DNA of 64,000 bases from Spirochaetota bacterium (GCA_965208615.1 CBDBPB010000004.1:352001-416000); one strand, 5' to 3'; shown: positions 42,607-54,371, numbered from the stretch's first letter. The notes: generated from the sequence alone by a model not told the origin. Numbers and translations are program-made.

Positions 42607-44721
42607 ATGATAAAAAGAATACTAATTTTAATGGCTATTCTATTATTTATAGTGGTTAATCAGTTTTATGGAGCAGTAACAAAGTTTTTAGGGGATAACT
42701 CTATTAGAGATTTTGAAAAGGGTAAGTTCAAAAATACTACCCTAGATAAAGATGGCTTTATATCCCTTTCTCCAACTATAAAAGAACTCTTTTCTAAAGA
42801 AGATATAATATTCGTTTGGGATGCAGTAGAAGATAAACAAAATAACATATATTTCGGAACCGGAAATAAACCTCGTATATATAAATATTCCAACAAAAAA
42901 AAACTAAAACTATTTTATGAAGCTAATAATGGTGTATCAATTATCAGCTTGGCAGTCGATTCTAAAAATAATATATATGCGGCAGTAATACCAGGTAGTA
43001 CTATTATAAAAATATCTCCATCTGGTTCTGCAAAAGTATTAGCCAGACTAACTGAAAGCTATATCTGGAAACTAAAACTCGACTCTAAAGATCAGTTATA
43101 TGTTGCCACTGGTAATCCTGCTAAAATATATAAAATTACTAACTCTCGTAAAAGGACTATTTTATACTCTTCCAAAAAGGAATCCCACTTTCTGGCTATG
43201 GATATGGATAGTAAAGAAAATATTTATTTTGCCAGTACTGATAAAGGTATACTTTATAAATATAATAAGAAGTCCAGTAATGTTAGCGTATTACATGATA
43301 GTTACGAAAATGAGATTAAAGCTATAGTCGTTGATAAAAAGGATAATATTTACTTTGCAACTGCTACAAAAGTTAAAAAGTATCCACCGAATAACTTTGA
43401 TTATACAGATACCTTTGTTCTTTACGGCTCTCACACTAAACAAAGGATATCATCTAAAAAGCCTCCTTTAAAAAACTCTATTTATAAGATTAGTCCTAAG
43501 GGAGATATAAAAAAAGTCTTTACTAAAGATAATACTACTTTTCTCTCTTTAGCTATAGATAATAAGAATCAGCTTTATGCAGGCTCTGGCAATAGTGGTG
43601 TTATTTACTTAATAAGAGGGATTAATAACGCCTCTACTTTTATAGATACGGATGAACTACAAATAACCTCACTTTTAGTTAATAAAAATAATAATCTCAT
43701 TGTTACCACAGGGAATATTGCTAAAGTTTTTGAGTTAAATTTAAGATCGGCATTCACTGGAACTTATTATTCAAGGATATTTACTACCAGAGGTCCATCT
43801 ATTTGGGGGAATATTAGTTGGAAAACTAACTCTAATAATGGAAAAGTATATCTCTATACCAGAACTGGTAAAACTATTACTCCTGATAAAACATGGAGTA
43901 ACTGGTCTAAAAAATATATAAATCCTAATGGAGAGTTAATAAAGAATCCAAAAGGTAACTATATACAATATAAGGCTGTTATGACTTCTCTATCAGATAA
44001 AAAAGTTCCCGTTTTAAAAAAAGTATCAATGTCATATTTATTAGATAACAGGCCTCCAGAATTAGAAAATATTAGATTAAAGCAAGACATAAATAAAAGT
44101 TTACCTTCCAAACTCTTAACTAGTACAATTCCTCCATCCGTTTATACTATAAGCTGGACTGCCTTTGACCAAGATAATGATTTTATGACATATTCTATTT
44201 TCTTTCGCAGAGAAAGAAGTAATAGTTGGATTCTTATAAAAAAAGACATAATTAAAAAGAAATATTCATTTGACTCTCGAAGACTCCCTGATGGAGAGTT
44301 CTTCGTAAAAGTTACTGCCTCTGACAAATGGTCAAATGGTGAAAAGCGAGCAAAAATTAGTGAAAAAGTAAGTAAGCTATTTACCATTGATAATACTCCA
44401 CCTACTATTGCAGAGATAAAGACTAATACTATTGGGGATAACCATATTATAAGCGGAATAGCCATAGATAACTCAAGCTTTATCAAGGTGATAGAGTATT
44501 CTATAAATAGTAGTGATTGGAAGTACCTAAATCCTAAAGATATGATATATGACTCTAGTAAAGAGGGTTTTCAGCTTATTATTACATCCAAGAGCGAGCT
44601 AATTAATGGAGAGAATATAATAATATTCCGTGTTGCAGACTCATTTGGTAACTTTTCATCTAAACAGGTAACTTTTACAATAAACTCAAAAAGTTACTCT
44701 TCCCCTGAGCATAACTATTAA
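42607..44721 (+). CDS. Secreted beta-propeller + Ig/FN3-like domain protein
   Basis: Signal peptide; repeated xxDxxxxIYxxT blades; PDKTWSNWS; C-terminal DNTPP Ig-like domains. Confidence 0.75.
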   Translation: MIKRILILMAILLFIVVNQFYGAVTKFLGDNSIRDFEKGKFKNTTLDKDGFISLSPTIKELFSKEDIIFVWDAVEDKQNNIYFGTGNKPRIYKYSNKKKLKLFYEANNGVSIISLAVDSKNNIYAAVIPGSTIIKISPSGSAKVLARLTESYIWKLKLDSKDQLYVATGNPAKIYKITNSRKRTILYSSKKESHFLAMDMDSKENIYFASTDKGILYKYNKKSSNVSVLHDSYENEIKAIVVDKKDNIYFATATKVKKYPPNNFDYTDTFVLYGSHTKQRISSKKPPLKNSIYKISPKGDIKKVFTKDNTTFLSLAIDNKNQLYAGSGNSGVIYLIRGINNASTFIDTDELQITSLLVNKNNNLIVTTGNIAKVFELNLRSAFTGTYYSRIFTTRGPSIWGNISWKTNSNNGKVYLYTRTGKTITPDKTWSNWSKKYINPNGELIKNPKGNYIQYKAVMTSLSDKKVPVLKKVSMSYLLDNRPPELENIRLKQDINKSLPSKLLTSTIPPSVYTISWTAFDQDNDFMTYSIFFRRERSNSWILIKKDIIKKKYSFDSRRLPDGEFFVKVTASDKWSNGEKRAKISEKVSKLFTIDNTPPTIAEIKTNTIGDNHIISGIAIDNSSFIKVIEYSINSSDWKYLNPKDMIYDSSKEGFQLIITSKSELINGENIIIFRVADSFGNFSSKQVTFTINSKSYSSPEHNY

Positions 44722-44823
44722 TTATTCTAATAAACAAGGTTTATAGCAAATATAAAAAAAGTACTTGCTTATTAACAGTATTCTGTTTTTATTTAACAAC
44801 TAATTTATTAAGGATATAATATT

Positions 44824-47079
44824 ATGGATAATCAGAGTCACGCATTAAAATACCATTCTAGCGGAAGAAAAGGTAAAATAGAGGTTATATCTTCTAAGCC
44901 TTGCAGTTCACAAAGGGATTTATCCCTTGCATATACCCCTGGTGTGGCTGAGCCGTGTCTTCGTATTAAAAATAATCCCCATGATGCTTATAGCTTTACG
45001 GCAAAAGGTAATTTAGTTGCTGTAATAACCAATGGAACTGCTGTATTAGGTCTTGGTAATATTGGTGCCTTAGCCAGTAAGCCAGTTATGGAGGGAAAGG
45101 GAGTATTATTTAAAAAGTTTGCTGATATAGACGTATTTGATATTGAGCTTAATACAGAGGATCCTGATAAGTTTGTAGAGACTGTAAAGCTTTTAGAGCC
45201 AACCTTTGGAGCTGTTAACCTTGAGGATATTAAGGCTCCTGAGTGTTTTTATATAGAGGAAAGATTAAAAAAAGAAATGAACATACCTGTAATGCACGAT
45301 GATCAACATGGTACAGCTATTATAGCAAGTGCGGCTCTCTTAAACGGTCTTGAGTTAGTTAATAAAAAGATTGACGAGGTAAAAGTTGTATTTAGTGGTG
45401 CTGGTGCGGCTGGTATATCATGTGGAAGGCTATATATTAGTTTAGGAGTACGTCCTAATAATATTGTTTTTATTGACAGTTATGGAGTTTTGCATAAGGG
45501 TAGGACTAAGCATATTACCCCTTATAATGAGTCTCTTCTTATTGAGACAAAAAATAGAACTTTAACTGATGCACTAAAAGGAGCAGATGTTTTTGTGGGC
45601 TTATCCACTGGTAATATTGTCACTAAAGACATGGTTAAAGCTATGAATGATAAACCATTAATTTTTGCTATGGCAAACCCTACTCCTGAAATATCCTATG
45701 CTGATGCAAAAAAAGCAAGGCCGGATGCTATTGTAGCTACTGGTAGAAGTGATTTTCCTAATCAGGTAAATAATGTATCTGGTTTTCCTTTTATTTTTAG
45801 AGGTGCATTAGATGTAGAGTCAACTGCAATTAACGAAGAAATGAAAATTGCCGCAGTACATGCTTTAGTAAGGCTTGCTAAAGAGCCTGTTCCAGATAGT
45901 GTTTTAAGGGCATACTCTCTAAAGCATATAGAGTTTGGCGATGAATATATTATACCAAAACCATTTGATCCAAGGGCTCTTACTTATGTTGCCCCTGCTG
46001 TAGCTAAAGCGGCTATGGATAGTAATGTTGCTCAGTCTCCAATTAAAGATTTTGCCAAATATATTGAAGACTTAGAAAAGCGGCATAGTACAAGAGACTT
46101 TGTTGTTAGAAGGATTATAAACAGTCTAAAGGCTAAAAAACTTAAGTTTGTTTTTCCTGAGGGAGCTGAGCCTAAGGTTTTACGTGCAGCTAAGTTAATG
46201 TTAGAAGAAGAAATAGGTATTCCTGTCTTATTAGGTATGGAAGATCGAATTCGCAAAGAAGCAAAAAAGATTAAGATCGATCTATCCAATATGATATTAA
46301 TTGACCCTCTACAATCTGAACTAAGGGATAAATATGCGAATAGGCTTTTTGAGCTTAGACAAAGAAAAGGTGTTACGCCTAATCAGGCCTTACAGTTAAT
46401 AAAGAAAAATATTTATTTTGGAATGCTTATGCTTGAGCAAGGGGATGTCTCTAGTATAATATCAGGAGTTACAGTTCACTATCCAGATACAATAAAGCCT
46501 GCTCTTGAGATTATTAAAATCAGAGAAGGGACGTCAATAATATCCAGCTTTTTTTTAGTTATCCAAAAAGATAAGAAGTTTATTTTTGCTGATCCAACTA
46601 TAAACACTGATCCAACTGCAAAAGAGCTTGCAGAGATTGCTATAAACTGTGCAAAGGCATCAAGATTTTTTGAAATAGATCCCAAAATTGCAATGTTATC
46701 TTTTTCTAATTTTGGTAGTGTTAATCATCCTCAGGCAAAAAAGATGGCAGAGGCCGCAAAGTTAGTATCCCAGATTGATAAAACTCTCAAAGTAGATGGT
46801 GAAATGCAGCTTGATACTGCCATATCCGAAGAGCTAATCAATGAGTTCTATCCTTTTTCTAATATAAAGGGCGGGGCTAATATATTAATATTCCCTGACT
46901 TACAATCGGCAAATATTAGTTATAAGCTTATAGAGCAGTTAGGCAATGCAGAATTAGTTGGTCCACTACTTATGGGGCTAAAACAGCCTGTTAACGTTTT
47001 ACCAAGAGGTTGTACTGTTGAAAGTATAGTTAACATTGCCGCTATTACTGCTCTACAGCTTGAGCATGGTACATTTTAA
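44824..47079 (+). CDS. maeB: NADP-dependent malic enzyme with phosphotransacetylase-like domain
   Basis: [29 protein letters not shown]-terminal PTA domain (FPEG, DGEMQ, GPLLMG). Confidence 0.96.
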   Translation: MDNQSHALKYHSSGRKGKIEVISSKPCSSQRDLSLAYTPGVAEPCLRIKNNPHDAYSFTAKGNLVAVITNGTAVLGLGNIGALASKPVMEGKGVLFKKFADIDVFDIELNTEDPDKFVETVKLLEPTFGAVNLEDIKAPECFYIEERLKKEMNIPVMHDDQHGTAIIASAALLNGLELVNKKIDEVKVVFSGAGAAGISCGRLYISLGVRPNNIVFIDSYGVLHKGRTKHITPYNESLLIETKNRTLTDALKGADVFVGLSTGNIVTKDMVKAMNDKPLIFAMANPTPEISYADAKKARPDAIVATGRSDFPNQVNNVSGFPFIFRGALDVESTAINEEMKIAAVHALVRLAKEPVPDSVLRAYSLKHIEFGDEYIIPKPFDPRALTYVAPAVAKAAMDSNVAQSPIKDFAKYIEDLEKRHSTRDFVVRRIINSLKAKKLKFVFPEGAEPKVLRAAKLMLEEEIGIPVLLGMEDRIRKEAKKIKIDLSNMILIDPLQSELRDKYANRLFELRQRKGVTPNQALQLIKKNIYFGMLMLEQGDVSSIISGVTVHYPDTIKPALEIIKIREGTSIISSFFLVIQKDKKFIFADPTINTDPTAKELAEIAINCAKASRFFEIDPKIAMLSFSNFGSVNHPQAKKMAEAAKLVSQIDKTLKVDGEMQLDTAISEELINEFYPFSNIKGGANILIFPDLQSANISYKLIEQLGNAELVGPLLMGLKQPVNVLPRGCTVESIVNIAAITALQLEHGTF

Positions 47080-47143
47080 ACAAAAAAGCTTTCTTATGTT
47101 GTTTAGACTTTTTCTATAATTCTTTAATATGCTCTAATCTAAC

Positions 47144-47182
47144 TAGTTAACTTAACCATGCTTAACATGATTAAGTTAACTA
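47144..47182. terminator. Hairpin between convergent maeB and LRR gene
   Basis: TAGTTAACTTAA/TTAAGTTAACTA 12-bp arms plus inner CATG/CATG. Confidence 0.65.
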
Positions 47183-47205
47183 AACAAAAATATTAACTTT
47201 GTTCG

Positions 47206-47838
47206 TTATCTCTGTATGTCAACTATACTTAACCCTTTACCTGTGCGATAGGTATTTAGCTGCGTTTCATAACCTGCGGTAACTTGAGTGTTTTTAGCTT
47301 TAATGTCCTTCATGGCTGGTAAGTCTTTTAATTGTTCTAGTCCATCATTGCCAATGCTGGTATTATCAATATTAATATATTTGAGTTTCTGTAGATTTTT
47401 TAAATATTTTAATCCATCTCCAGCTACATTAGTTTGTGGAATATAAATGTCGGTTAATTCACTTAAGTTAGCCAAGTGAGATAGTCCTTCATCACTTAGA
47501 TTACTATTGCCAATGACAATCATTGTTAATTTCGTTAAATTCGATATATATTGTAATCCTTGATTAGTCATTCTAGGACTATTTTTAATTTCAAGATTTA
47601 TTAAGCTAGTAAGGCTCTGTAGATATTTTAACTCATTGTCATCAGTATCCTCAAAGTAGGCAAAAGTTAGAGTACTTGGATCGCTAGTATTAATACCTTT
47701 TTTCTTTAAAAACTCTATAACCTCAGCATTAGTAAAAGCATACCCTCCGGTTAGGCTCTCAGCAGACCCTTTGTCAGAGTCTCCACATGATAGTAAAAAT
47801 AAAAAAATAATTAGCAAGCTATAAACTCTTATTTTCAT
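47206..47838 (-). CDS. Leucine-rich repeat lipoprotein
   Basis: LLSC lipobox; GLxxLxxLxxLxxI repeats of ~24 aa. Confidence 0.85.
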   Translation of the reverse strand: MKIRVYSLLIIFLFLLSCGDSDKGSAESLTGGYAFTNAEVIEFLKKKGINTSDPSTLTFAYFEDTDDNELKYLQSLTSLINLEIKNSPRMTNQGLQYISNLTKLTMIVIGNSNLSDEGLSHLANLSELTDIYIPQTNVAGDGLKYLKNLQKLKYINIDNTSIGNDGLEQLKDLPAMKDIKAKNTQVTAGYETQLNTYRTGKGLSIVDIQR

Positions 47839-48058
47839 ACTCTTTTCCTATTAAAAAGTTAATCTAACTATATACTATAATCCACTATAAATAACAACAC
47901 CCTATAACTTAATCTATTTCATGATAACTCAAATAAAGTTAACTATACAGTTTATAGCTGTATATAAAATATGCTGACACTTTATAAGCTCAATCTATCC
48001 AAAAAAAAAAATATATATTATCTTTATCACTAGTTTAAAGCTACGGAGAAAATATTTA

Positions 48059-49855
48059 ATGATAAATCCAAAATATATTAGAAACTTCTCTATAATTGCC
48101 CATATAGATCATGGCAAATCAACTCTAGCTGACCGCCTCCTAGAAATAACTAATACTACTGATGATCGTAATAAAAAAAATCAAATACTAGATACTATGG
48201 ATATCGAAAGAGAACGCGGTATTACTATTAAATCTCAGGCGGCTACACTACTATACAATGCCAATGATAATAATACATATCACCTAAACCTCATTGATAC
48301 CCCAGGACATGTTGACTTCTCCTATGAAGTATCTAGGTCGCTGGCCGCCTGTGAAGGTGTTCTACTGGTAATTGATGCATCCCAAGGTGTAGAAGCTCAA
48401 ACTTTAGCTAATATGTACCAGGCTCTAGAACACGATTTAGAAATAATACCCGTTATTAATAAAATCGACTTGCCTTCTGCTAATGTTGATGCAGTTAAAA
48501 AACAAATTAAAGAAGACTTAGGTCTAAACCCCGATATCGCCGTACCCATAAGTGCAAAAATGGGCCAAAATATAAAAGCCGTCCTAGAAAGTATTATTAA
48601 ATATTGTCCAGCACCAAATGGCTCTATAGACAATCCAGCTAAAGCCCTCATATTTGATGCCTCTTTTGACTATTATCGTGGTGTAGTGGTTAGCCTAAGG
48701 CTCTTTGACGGCGTGATTAAGGTTAAAGACTCTATAAAACTATTCCAAAGTAATAGAGAGTATAAAGTTGATGAACTCGGTATATTTAAACCTAAATACC
48801 TTCCAAAAAGCAGTTTAAGCGTTGGTGAGGTAGGCTATCTTATAGCAAATATAAGAGAACTCTCCGATACAAAAATTGGCGATACCATTACTACCACTAA
48901 TAACCCATGTCATAAAGCTTATCCAGGCTACAAAGAAGTTAAACCAATGGTATTTGCCGGTATATACCCTATAGAAAATGATGACTACGAAAACCTTAAA
49001 ACTGCCATCGAAAAACTTAAACTAAATGATGCATCCTTAGTCTTTGAACCAGATAGCTCTCTTGCATTAGGATTTGGCTTTAGATGCGGCTTTTTAGGCC
49101 TGCTACACATGGAAATCATCCAGGAAAGACTAGAACGTGAGTTTAACCTTAGCATTATTACTACAGTCCCAAGTGTGGAGTATAAAGTCCATTTTACCAA
49201 TGGTGATACTAAAATCATCGATAATCCTACTAACTTCCCTGAACCTCAATATATCACTAAAACCGAAGAACCCTTTGTTTTAGTTAATATTATTGTTCCT
49301 GAAAAGTATGTTGGAAACGTAATACAACTGTGCCATGAAAAACGAGCTATACAAAAAAATATGCAGTTCTTGGGTGATAAAAGAATAGAAATCGACTTTG
49401 ATATACCCTTAGCAGAAATTATTTATGATTTTCATGATAAATTAAAAAGTGTATCCAGAGGATATGCCTCCTACGATTATCACTTTATCGACTACAGAGA
49501 AAGCAAACTAGTTAAAGTGGATATCTTGGTCAACAAAAAACAAGTAGATGCACTATCCCAAATCATATTTAAAGAACATGCTCAGACTAAAGGACGAGGT
49601 ATTATCGAAAAACTGAAAAACGTTATCCCAAGACATATGTTCCAGGTACCTTTACAGGCCAGCATTGGTGGTAATGTCATTGCCAGAGAGAATATTAGAG
49701 CTCTTAGAAAAGATGTTACCGCAAAGTGCTATGGAGGCGATATAAGTAGAAAACGTAAACTTATAGAAAAACAAAAAGAAGGTAAAAAACGTATGAGACA
49801 AGTGGGAGACGTCGATATACCCCAAGAGGCCTTTATGTCAATACTAAAAATTTAG
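48059..49855 (+). CDS. lepA: Elongation factor 4
   Basis: [41 protein letters not shown]. Confidence 0.98.
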   Translation: MINPKYIRNFSIIAHIDHGKSTLADRLLEITNTTDDRNKKNQILDTMDIERERGITIKSQAATLLYNANDNNTYHLNLIDTPGHVDFSYEVSRSLAACEGVLLVIDASQGVEAQTLANMYQALEHDLEIIPVINKIDLPSANVDAVKKQIKEDLGLNPDIAVPISAKMGQNIKAVLESIIKYCPAPNGSIDNPAKALIFDASFDYYRGVVVSLRLFDGVIKVKDSIKLFQSNREYKVDELGIFKPKYLPKSSLSVGEVGYLIANIRELSDTKIGDTITTTNNPCHKAYPGYKEVKPMVFAGIYPIENDDYENLKTAIEKLKLNDASLVFEPDSSLALGFGFRCGFLGLLHMEIIQERLEREFNLSIITTVPSVEYKVHFTNGDTKIIDNPTNFPEPQYITKTEEPFVLVNIIVPEKYVGNVIQLCHEKRAIQKNMQFLGDKRIEIDFDIPLAEIIYDFHDKLKSVSRGYASYDYHFIDYRESKLVKVDILVNKKQVDALSQIIFKEHAQTKGRGIIEKLKNVIPRHMFQVPLQASIGGNVIARENIRALRKDVTAKCYGGDISRKRKLIEKQKEGKKRMRQVGDVDIPQEAFMSILKI

Positions 49856-49860
49856 AACAA

Positions 49861-50280
49861 TTATATAGGATTACCCGAATCAAGGTATTCTTGAAGAATA
49901 ATCTTGGCGGATAGACTATCTATAACATCTTTTCTCTTTTTAACCTTAACATTATTCGCCCTTAAAATAGACTCAGCCTCGTAAGATGACAATCTTTCAT
50001 CCCAAAATGTTATTGGAATATCAACAAAGTCTTTTAGCCTATTTACGAAGAGCCTAACTTGTCTAGAACGTTTACTCTCCTCTCCATCAATGCTTAATGG
50101 CAGTCCTACTAATATCTCCCCACAGCTATTCTCTAAAACGATAGATTTAATCTTATCAAAAACTCGTCCTTTTTTTACGCTAATATAGTCCAATCCAAAA
50201 GCAAAAACCCTGTTTGGATCACTTATAGCAACACCAATCTTATTAGTCCCATAATCTATGGATAAAACCTTAGTTTTCAT
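49861..50280 (-). CDS. ruvX: Holliday junction resolvase-like RuvX/YqgF
   Basis: IDYGTNKIGVAISD, VGLP, WDERLSS, DSLSA..ILQEYL. Confidence 0.93.
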   Translation of the reverse strand: MKTKVLSIDYGTNKIGVAISDPNRVFAFGLDYISVKKGRVFDKIKSIVLENSCGEILVGLPLSIDGEESKRSRQVRLFVNRLKDFVDIPITFWDERLSSYEAESILRANNVKVKKRKDVIDSLSAKIILQEYLDSGNPI

Positions 50281-50488
50281 TTTATTAAGTATAATAACAT
50301 TATATTAATTTTGTATATACAATATCTAATAAATGTTATATATTTTAATTTGTAAAAGTTTAATTTAATTTAAAAATTAAAAATTATAACGTATAATTAA
50401 TAAATTCCTTAACCGATACATAAAAATTATTGACTTCTTTAAATATCTTTATTTTATTATAGCTAGTAAAGTAGGAGGCCATTCTAAA

Positions 50489-51478
50489 GTGAATAATAGT
50501 AATCCAATTATGGAATACAATGATATGAAAAAACATACTATTCTTATTGTTGATGACTCTCAGGTCATACGTAAGGTAATAGACTATATGCTAAAAGCAC
50601 ATAATTATTCCATAATTCATGCTGTTAATGGATTAGAGGCTCTAAAGGTACTCGAAAACAAAAAGATAGACTTTATAATTACAGATATTAACATGCCAGA
50701 AATTGGCGGATTCGATCTTATATCAAGATTAAAAAAACTTGGCTTAGATTTACCATATATAATGATAACTGATTCAGATATTAATAAATATCTTGAACTA
50801 GCAATAAAATATAACGTTGGTAATATCCTTAGTAAGCCTATAGAAAAAACTGAACTCTTACATACCGTATATAAGCTTTTAAACCATAAGTCCCTTTTTG
50901 GATTAAGTAATTATTTAAACTGTCAAGCAGAGAATCTTAAAACTATATACATAGACAACTCTAAACAGTGTGATGAAAGCGTATCACAAATAGTAAATCA
51001 TGCTAAGTCTGCTGGCATGGAAAGTGAGTTTTTACCATCACTAAAATTGATTCTTAGCGAAATGGCAATTAATGCTTTATACCATCCTCATGGTTTTGAA
51101 AAAAAGAAAAAAGAAGGCGAATCTATCAAACTGAAAGAAGGTGATAAAATTGAGGTGCAGTTTGGTAAAGATGATAATAGGTTTGGCGTAAGTATAACAG
51201 ATTTTGAAGGTAAGTTAACTAAATTAGGAGTCCTACAAACCTTTAAGGAGTTTGTAGACAATAATAATAGGCTAATGAAGGCTCTTGAAAAAGGAGAAGA
51301 CCCATCCACCTTTATGAAGGATAGTGGTAGAGGATTACAAATGGCTAGAGAAATGTCTAACGAATATTATTTTAATATTAGGGTCAATAAGCTTACACAA
51401 ATTATTATTCTTATATGGATGAAAAAAATACCAATTCTCCAGAAAAGCCAATCTATAAAAATTAATGAGATAAATTAA
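50489..51478 (+). CDS. Response regulator with C-terminal HATPase/anti-sigma kinase-like domain
   Basis: REC (VDD, TDINMP, K-P) followed by EMAINALYH, D.EG, GRGL boxes. Confidence 0.8.
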   Translation: MNNSNPIMEYNDMKKHTILIVDDSQVIRKVIDYMLKAHNYSIIHAVNGLEALKVLENKKIDFIITDINMPEIGGFDLISRLKKLGLDLPYIMITDSDINKYLELAIKYNVGNILSKPIEKTELLHTVYKLLNHKSLFGLSNYLNCQAENLKTIYIDNSKQCDESVSQIVNHAKSAGMESEFLPSLKLILSEMAINALYHPHGFEKKKKEGESIKLKEGDKIEVQFGKDDNRFGVSITDFEGKLTKLGVLQTFKEFVDNNNRLMKALEKGEDPSTFMKDSGRGLQMAREMSNEYYFNIRVNKLTQIIILIWMKKIPILQKSQSIKINEIN

Positions 51479-51481
51479 ATA

Positions 51482-52483
51482 TCAGCCGAAGAGATGCCAT
51501 TTTATAAGTTTAATAATATCCCCAGTGTTAATATTAGTACCAATGGCAACTGTTGATTCAAATCCTGAGTGTACCATACAGTTAATACAGCGTTTATCTT
51601 TATTTGTACCAAAGTTATCCCACTTAACCGTAGCTATAAAGTCATTCCAGCTATTGTAATGCTTATCTGTAATTAGGTAGCATGGAGCCTTCCATCCTTT
51701 AACATTCCTAGTTACGTTACCCCATGGAGTACAGTTTAGCCTTTTTTCACCCTTAAGAAAGTCTCTATATATCGGGCTAGAATAGTATTTAACGTTTTTA
51801 GACTTTTTATCAAGCTCCTTAAATTTACTATATATCTCTTGTCGATTTAAAAAAATACTAGGATCTAATGACTGAAAAGCATAAGCCGGAGATATTATAA
51901 TACCGTCTACCTTTAGATCTCTAAGTTTATCAAATAATTTAACTATTTCATCAACTTTACTATCCCTATATATAGTCGTATTAGTACATACAATAAATCC
52001 CCTTTTTTTTGCAGTATAAATAGCTTCTATGGCTTTTTTATACGCTCCCTTATGATTAGTTATTCTATCGTGAATCTCTTCAGTACCATCAATATGTACG
52101 TTAAAATATAGGTATGGACTAACCTTAAACTCATTTATCATTTTTTTAAGTAATATGCCGTTAGTACATAAATAAATATGCTTTTTTCGTTTGATAATTC
52201 CATCAACAAGGTCGTTAATTTGCGGATACATAAGAGGTTCACCACCGCAAATAGATATAAGTGGTGCATTACACTGATCAACCGACTCAAAACACTTATC
52301 CAAAGATAGCATTTCTGACATACTATCTTTATATTCTATTATTCGTCCGCATCCACTGCATGACAGGTTACAAGAGTGTAAAGGTTCCAGCATCAAAACA
52401 AGGGAGTATATTTTATTGTTTTTTAATTTGTTTTTTAATATATAGGATATAAGGTTATACGTTAGTAAGAACGGAAATCTCAT
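51482..52483 (-). CDS. hpnH: Hopanoid-biosynthesis radical SAM adenosyl-hopene transferase
   Basis: LVLMLEPLHSCNLSCSGCGRI, GGEPL, YLCTN, CTPWGN, PCYL, RC.NCMVHSGFE are characteristic of HpnH. Confidence 0.85.
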   Translation of the reverse strand: MRFPFLLTYNLISYILKNKLKNNKIYSLVLMLEPLHSCNLSCSGCGRIIEYKDSMSEMLSLDKCFESVDQCNAPLISICGGEPLMYPQINDLVDGIIKRKKHIYLCTNGILLKKMINEFKVSPYLYFNVHIDGTEEIHDRITNHKGAYKKAIEAIYTAKKRGFIVCTNTTIYRDSKVDEIVKLFDKLRDLKVDGIIISPAYAFQSLDPSIFLNRQEIYSKFKELDKKSKNVKYYSSPIYRDFLKGEKRLNCTPWGNVTRNVKGWKAPCYLITDKHYNSWNDFIATVKWDNFGTNKDKRCINCMVHSGFESTVAIGTNINTGDIIKLIKWHLFG

Positions 52484-52507
52484 ATTACACTTTAAAAGAT
52501 AATTTAT

Positions 52508-53509
52508 TTAATAGTCATCTTTGCTAATTGAGTATAGTGATGATGCAGTTGCTATAATAAGGCTTTGTTTTAGACCAAAGGATAGACCTATAAAGTTACG
52601 TCCTGTTATTATGGGTGTGCTAGACTTATTTGAATTAACTTTAATTATACAACTTTCATTTCTTTTGCTTTCTACTAAGTACAGTACATCGTTAGAGTCA
52701 AAAGCAAAACCGTGGAATAAACTTAAACCATTATAATATATCTGTGGTTTTTTATCTTCTTTATCTATTTTATAAATACAGTTTTCACCCATATGAGCAG
52801 GATTAGAAACATATAAATTATCTTTAGAGTCAAAGGCTAGATGAAAAGCTATATAGCTTGATGGTATAGAGGAATAAAATGATGCAAGTCCATCTTTATT
52901 AAGTTTAAATATAGAGCCATTTCTGTCTCCCACAAATATCTCCCCTTGACTATTCATTGCCATGCCAAAAGCCGCACCTAATCCATGAGAGAATATCTCA
53001 AATGTACCTTTCTCAAACGACCTATATACCTTACCGTCAAACCTACTAACAATATATAGCGTATCATTATTATCAATCAACAAGGAGGTTGCATTAACTA
53101 ATCCTCTAATATAAACTTCTTTTTCTCCATTTTGATTTATTTTAAATACAGAAATATTAGTAGACTCTCCTCTACCACCGCTATAAGTAGTATATATATT
53201 GCCATTACTATCAATTACAGGGTTATCAACTATATGTAAACCATCAGTTATAGCCTTAGGTACCACAAAGTGATACTTATTACTTTTTACTCCGTTTATA
53301 TTTATATAAACATGACCAGATACAGAATTATCAGGTATACTTGTTAAAAGAGTTGAATCACTAACTCCATCTATCCATGCGTTTGAGTTAGGGAAATAAA
53401 GATTTTCATTAGCTATCTCCCATGGCTTAAACCTTTTTCCTTTAATGGTTATAGCACCTCCAGGTAGTCCCATTTTAGGAATTATATCTTTAATAACAAT
53501 TTTAGGCAC
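52508..53509 (-). CDS. IPT/TIG + beta-propeller (gluconolactonase/SMP-30-like) protein
   Basis: N-terminal PGGAITIKG.. TIG motif; repeated DxxGxxY blades. Confidence 0.7.
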   Translation of the reverse strand: MPKIVIKDIIPKMGLPGGAITIKGKRFKPWEIANENLYFPNSNAWIDGVSDSTLLTSIPDNSVSGHVYININGVKSNKYHFVVPKAITDGLHIVDNPVIDSNGNIYTTYSGGRGESTNISVFKINQNGEKEVYIRGLVNATSLLIDNNDTLYIVSRFDGKVYRSFEKGTFEIFSHGLGAAFGMAMNSQGEIFVGDRNGSIFKLNKDGLASFYSSIPSSYIAFHLAFDSKDNLYVSNPAHMGENCIYKIDKEDKKPQIYYNGLSLFHGFAFDSNDVLYLVESKRNESCIIKVNSNKSSTPIITGRNFIGLSFGLKQSLIIATASSLYSISKDDY

Positions 53510-53519
53510 AATTTCTTCT

Positions 53520-54371
53520 CTATAACATTTTTTGTTTTAAAAAGTCCTTATATTTATCGGACAAATCCTTTCTTGATAAGGCATAATCAGTAATTGTCTC
53601 CATAAAGCCCTGTGGAGTTCCTATATCATATCTATTACCTTCAAACTCATACGCCAATACTCTTCCAATTTTAGAAAGCTGATTAAGGGCATCGGTCATA
53701 TAGAATTCTTCTTTTTGATCTTTTTTATAATCTTCTAATGCAGTAAATATATCCGAAGTAAGAAGATACCTACCAATAGAAATCATACTACTAGGCTCAG
53801 TGCCAGGTTTAGGCTTTTCTACAATACCCTTAATAGAAAACGGATTAGATAACTTTTTATTCTTAACCCCAGGATTTACTACTCCATACGGAGAGACATC
53901 CTGACCATCAAAATTCATAACGGCTAATACATTCTTATGAGTTTCATGATAAACATCAATTAGCTGTTTAGCTAATGGATTAGCAGAAAAAACAATATCA
54001 TCGGGAAAGGCTAAAACAAAAGGCGAACTAATTATTTTACTAGCTAATAATACAGCATCCCCCGTGCCACCCATTTTTTGTTGTCTTATAAAATAAAACT
54101 TTATACCGTTTTTTATTGTATTTATTTTCTCTAACTTAGCAGGATCAGTAATTTGAGTTTCTAGTTCAATTTCTCTATCAAGATAGTCTTCAAGAGGCTT
54201 TTTACGCCTTGAAGTAATAATAACTATATCCTTAATACCAGAGTCAACAAACTCTTCTATAATAAAATGTATTGCAGGCTTATCTATTAGAGGTATCATT
54301 TCTTTAGGTATAGTTTTAGTTGCTGGTAAAAATCGAGTTCCATATCCTGCGGCTAAAATCATTCCTATCAT
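53520..54371 (-). CDS. galU: UTP-glucose-1-phosphate uridylyltransferase
   Basis: AAGYGTRFLPATKTIPKEM, VEKP, IGRY. Confidence 0.92.
   Translation of the reverse strand: MIGMILAAGYGTRFLPATKTIPKEMIPLIDKPAIHFIIEEFVDSGIKDIVIITSRRKKPLEDYLDREIELETQITDPAKLEKINTIKNGIKFYFIRQQKMGGTGDAVLLASKIISSPFVLAFPDDIVFSANPLAKQLIDVYHETHKNVLAVMNFDGQDVSPYGVVNPGVKNKKLSNPFSIKGIVEKPKPGTEPSSMISIGRYLLTSDIFTALEDYKKDQKEEFYMTDALNQLSKIGRVLAYEFEGNRYDIGTPQGFMETITDYALSRKDLSDKYKDFLKQKML

Noticed and set aside
44824-47079. Malic enzyme-PTA fusion as a novelty
   Set aside because: This is the well-known MaeB architecture.
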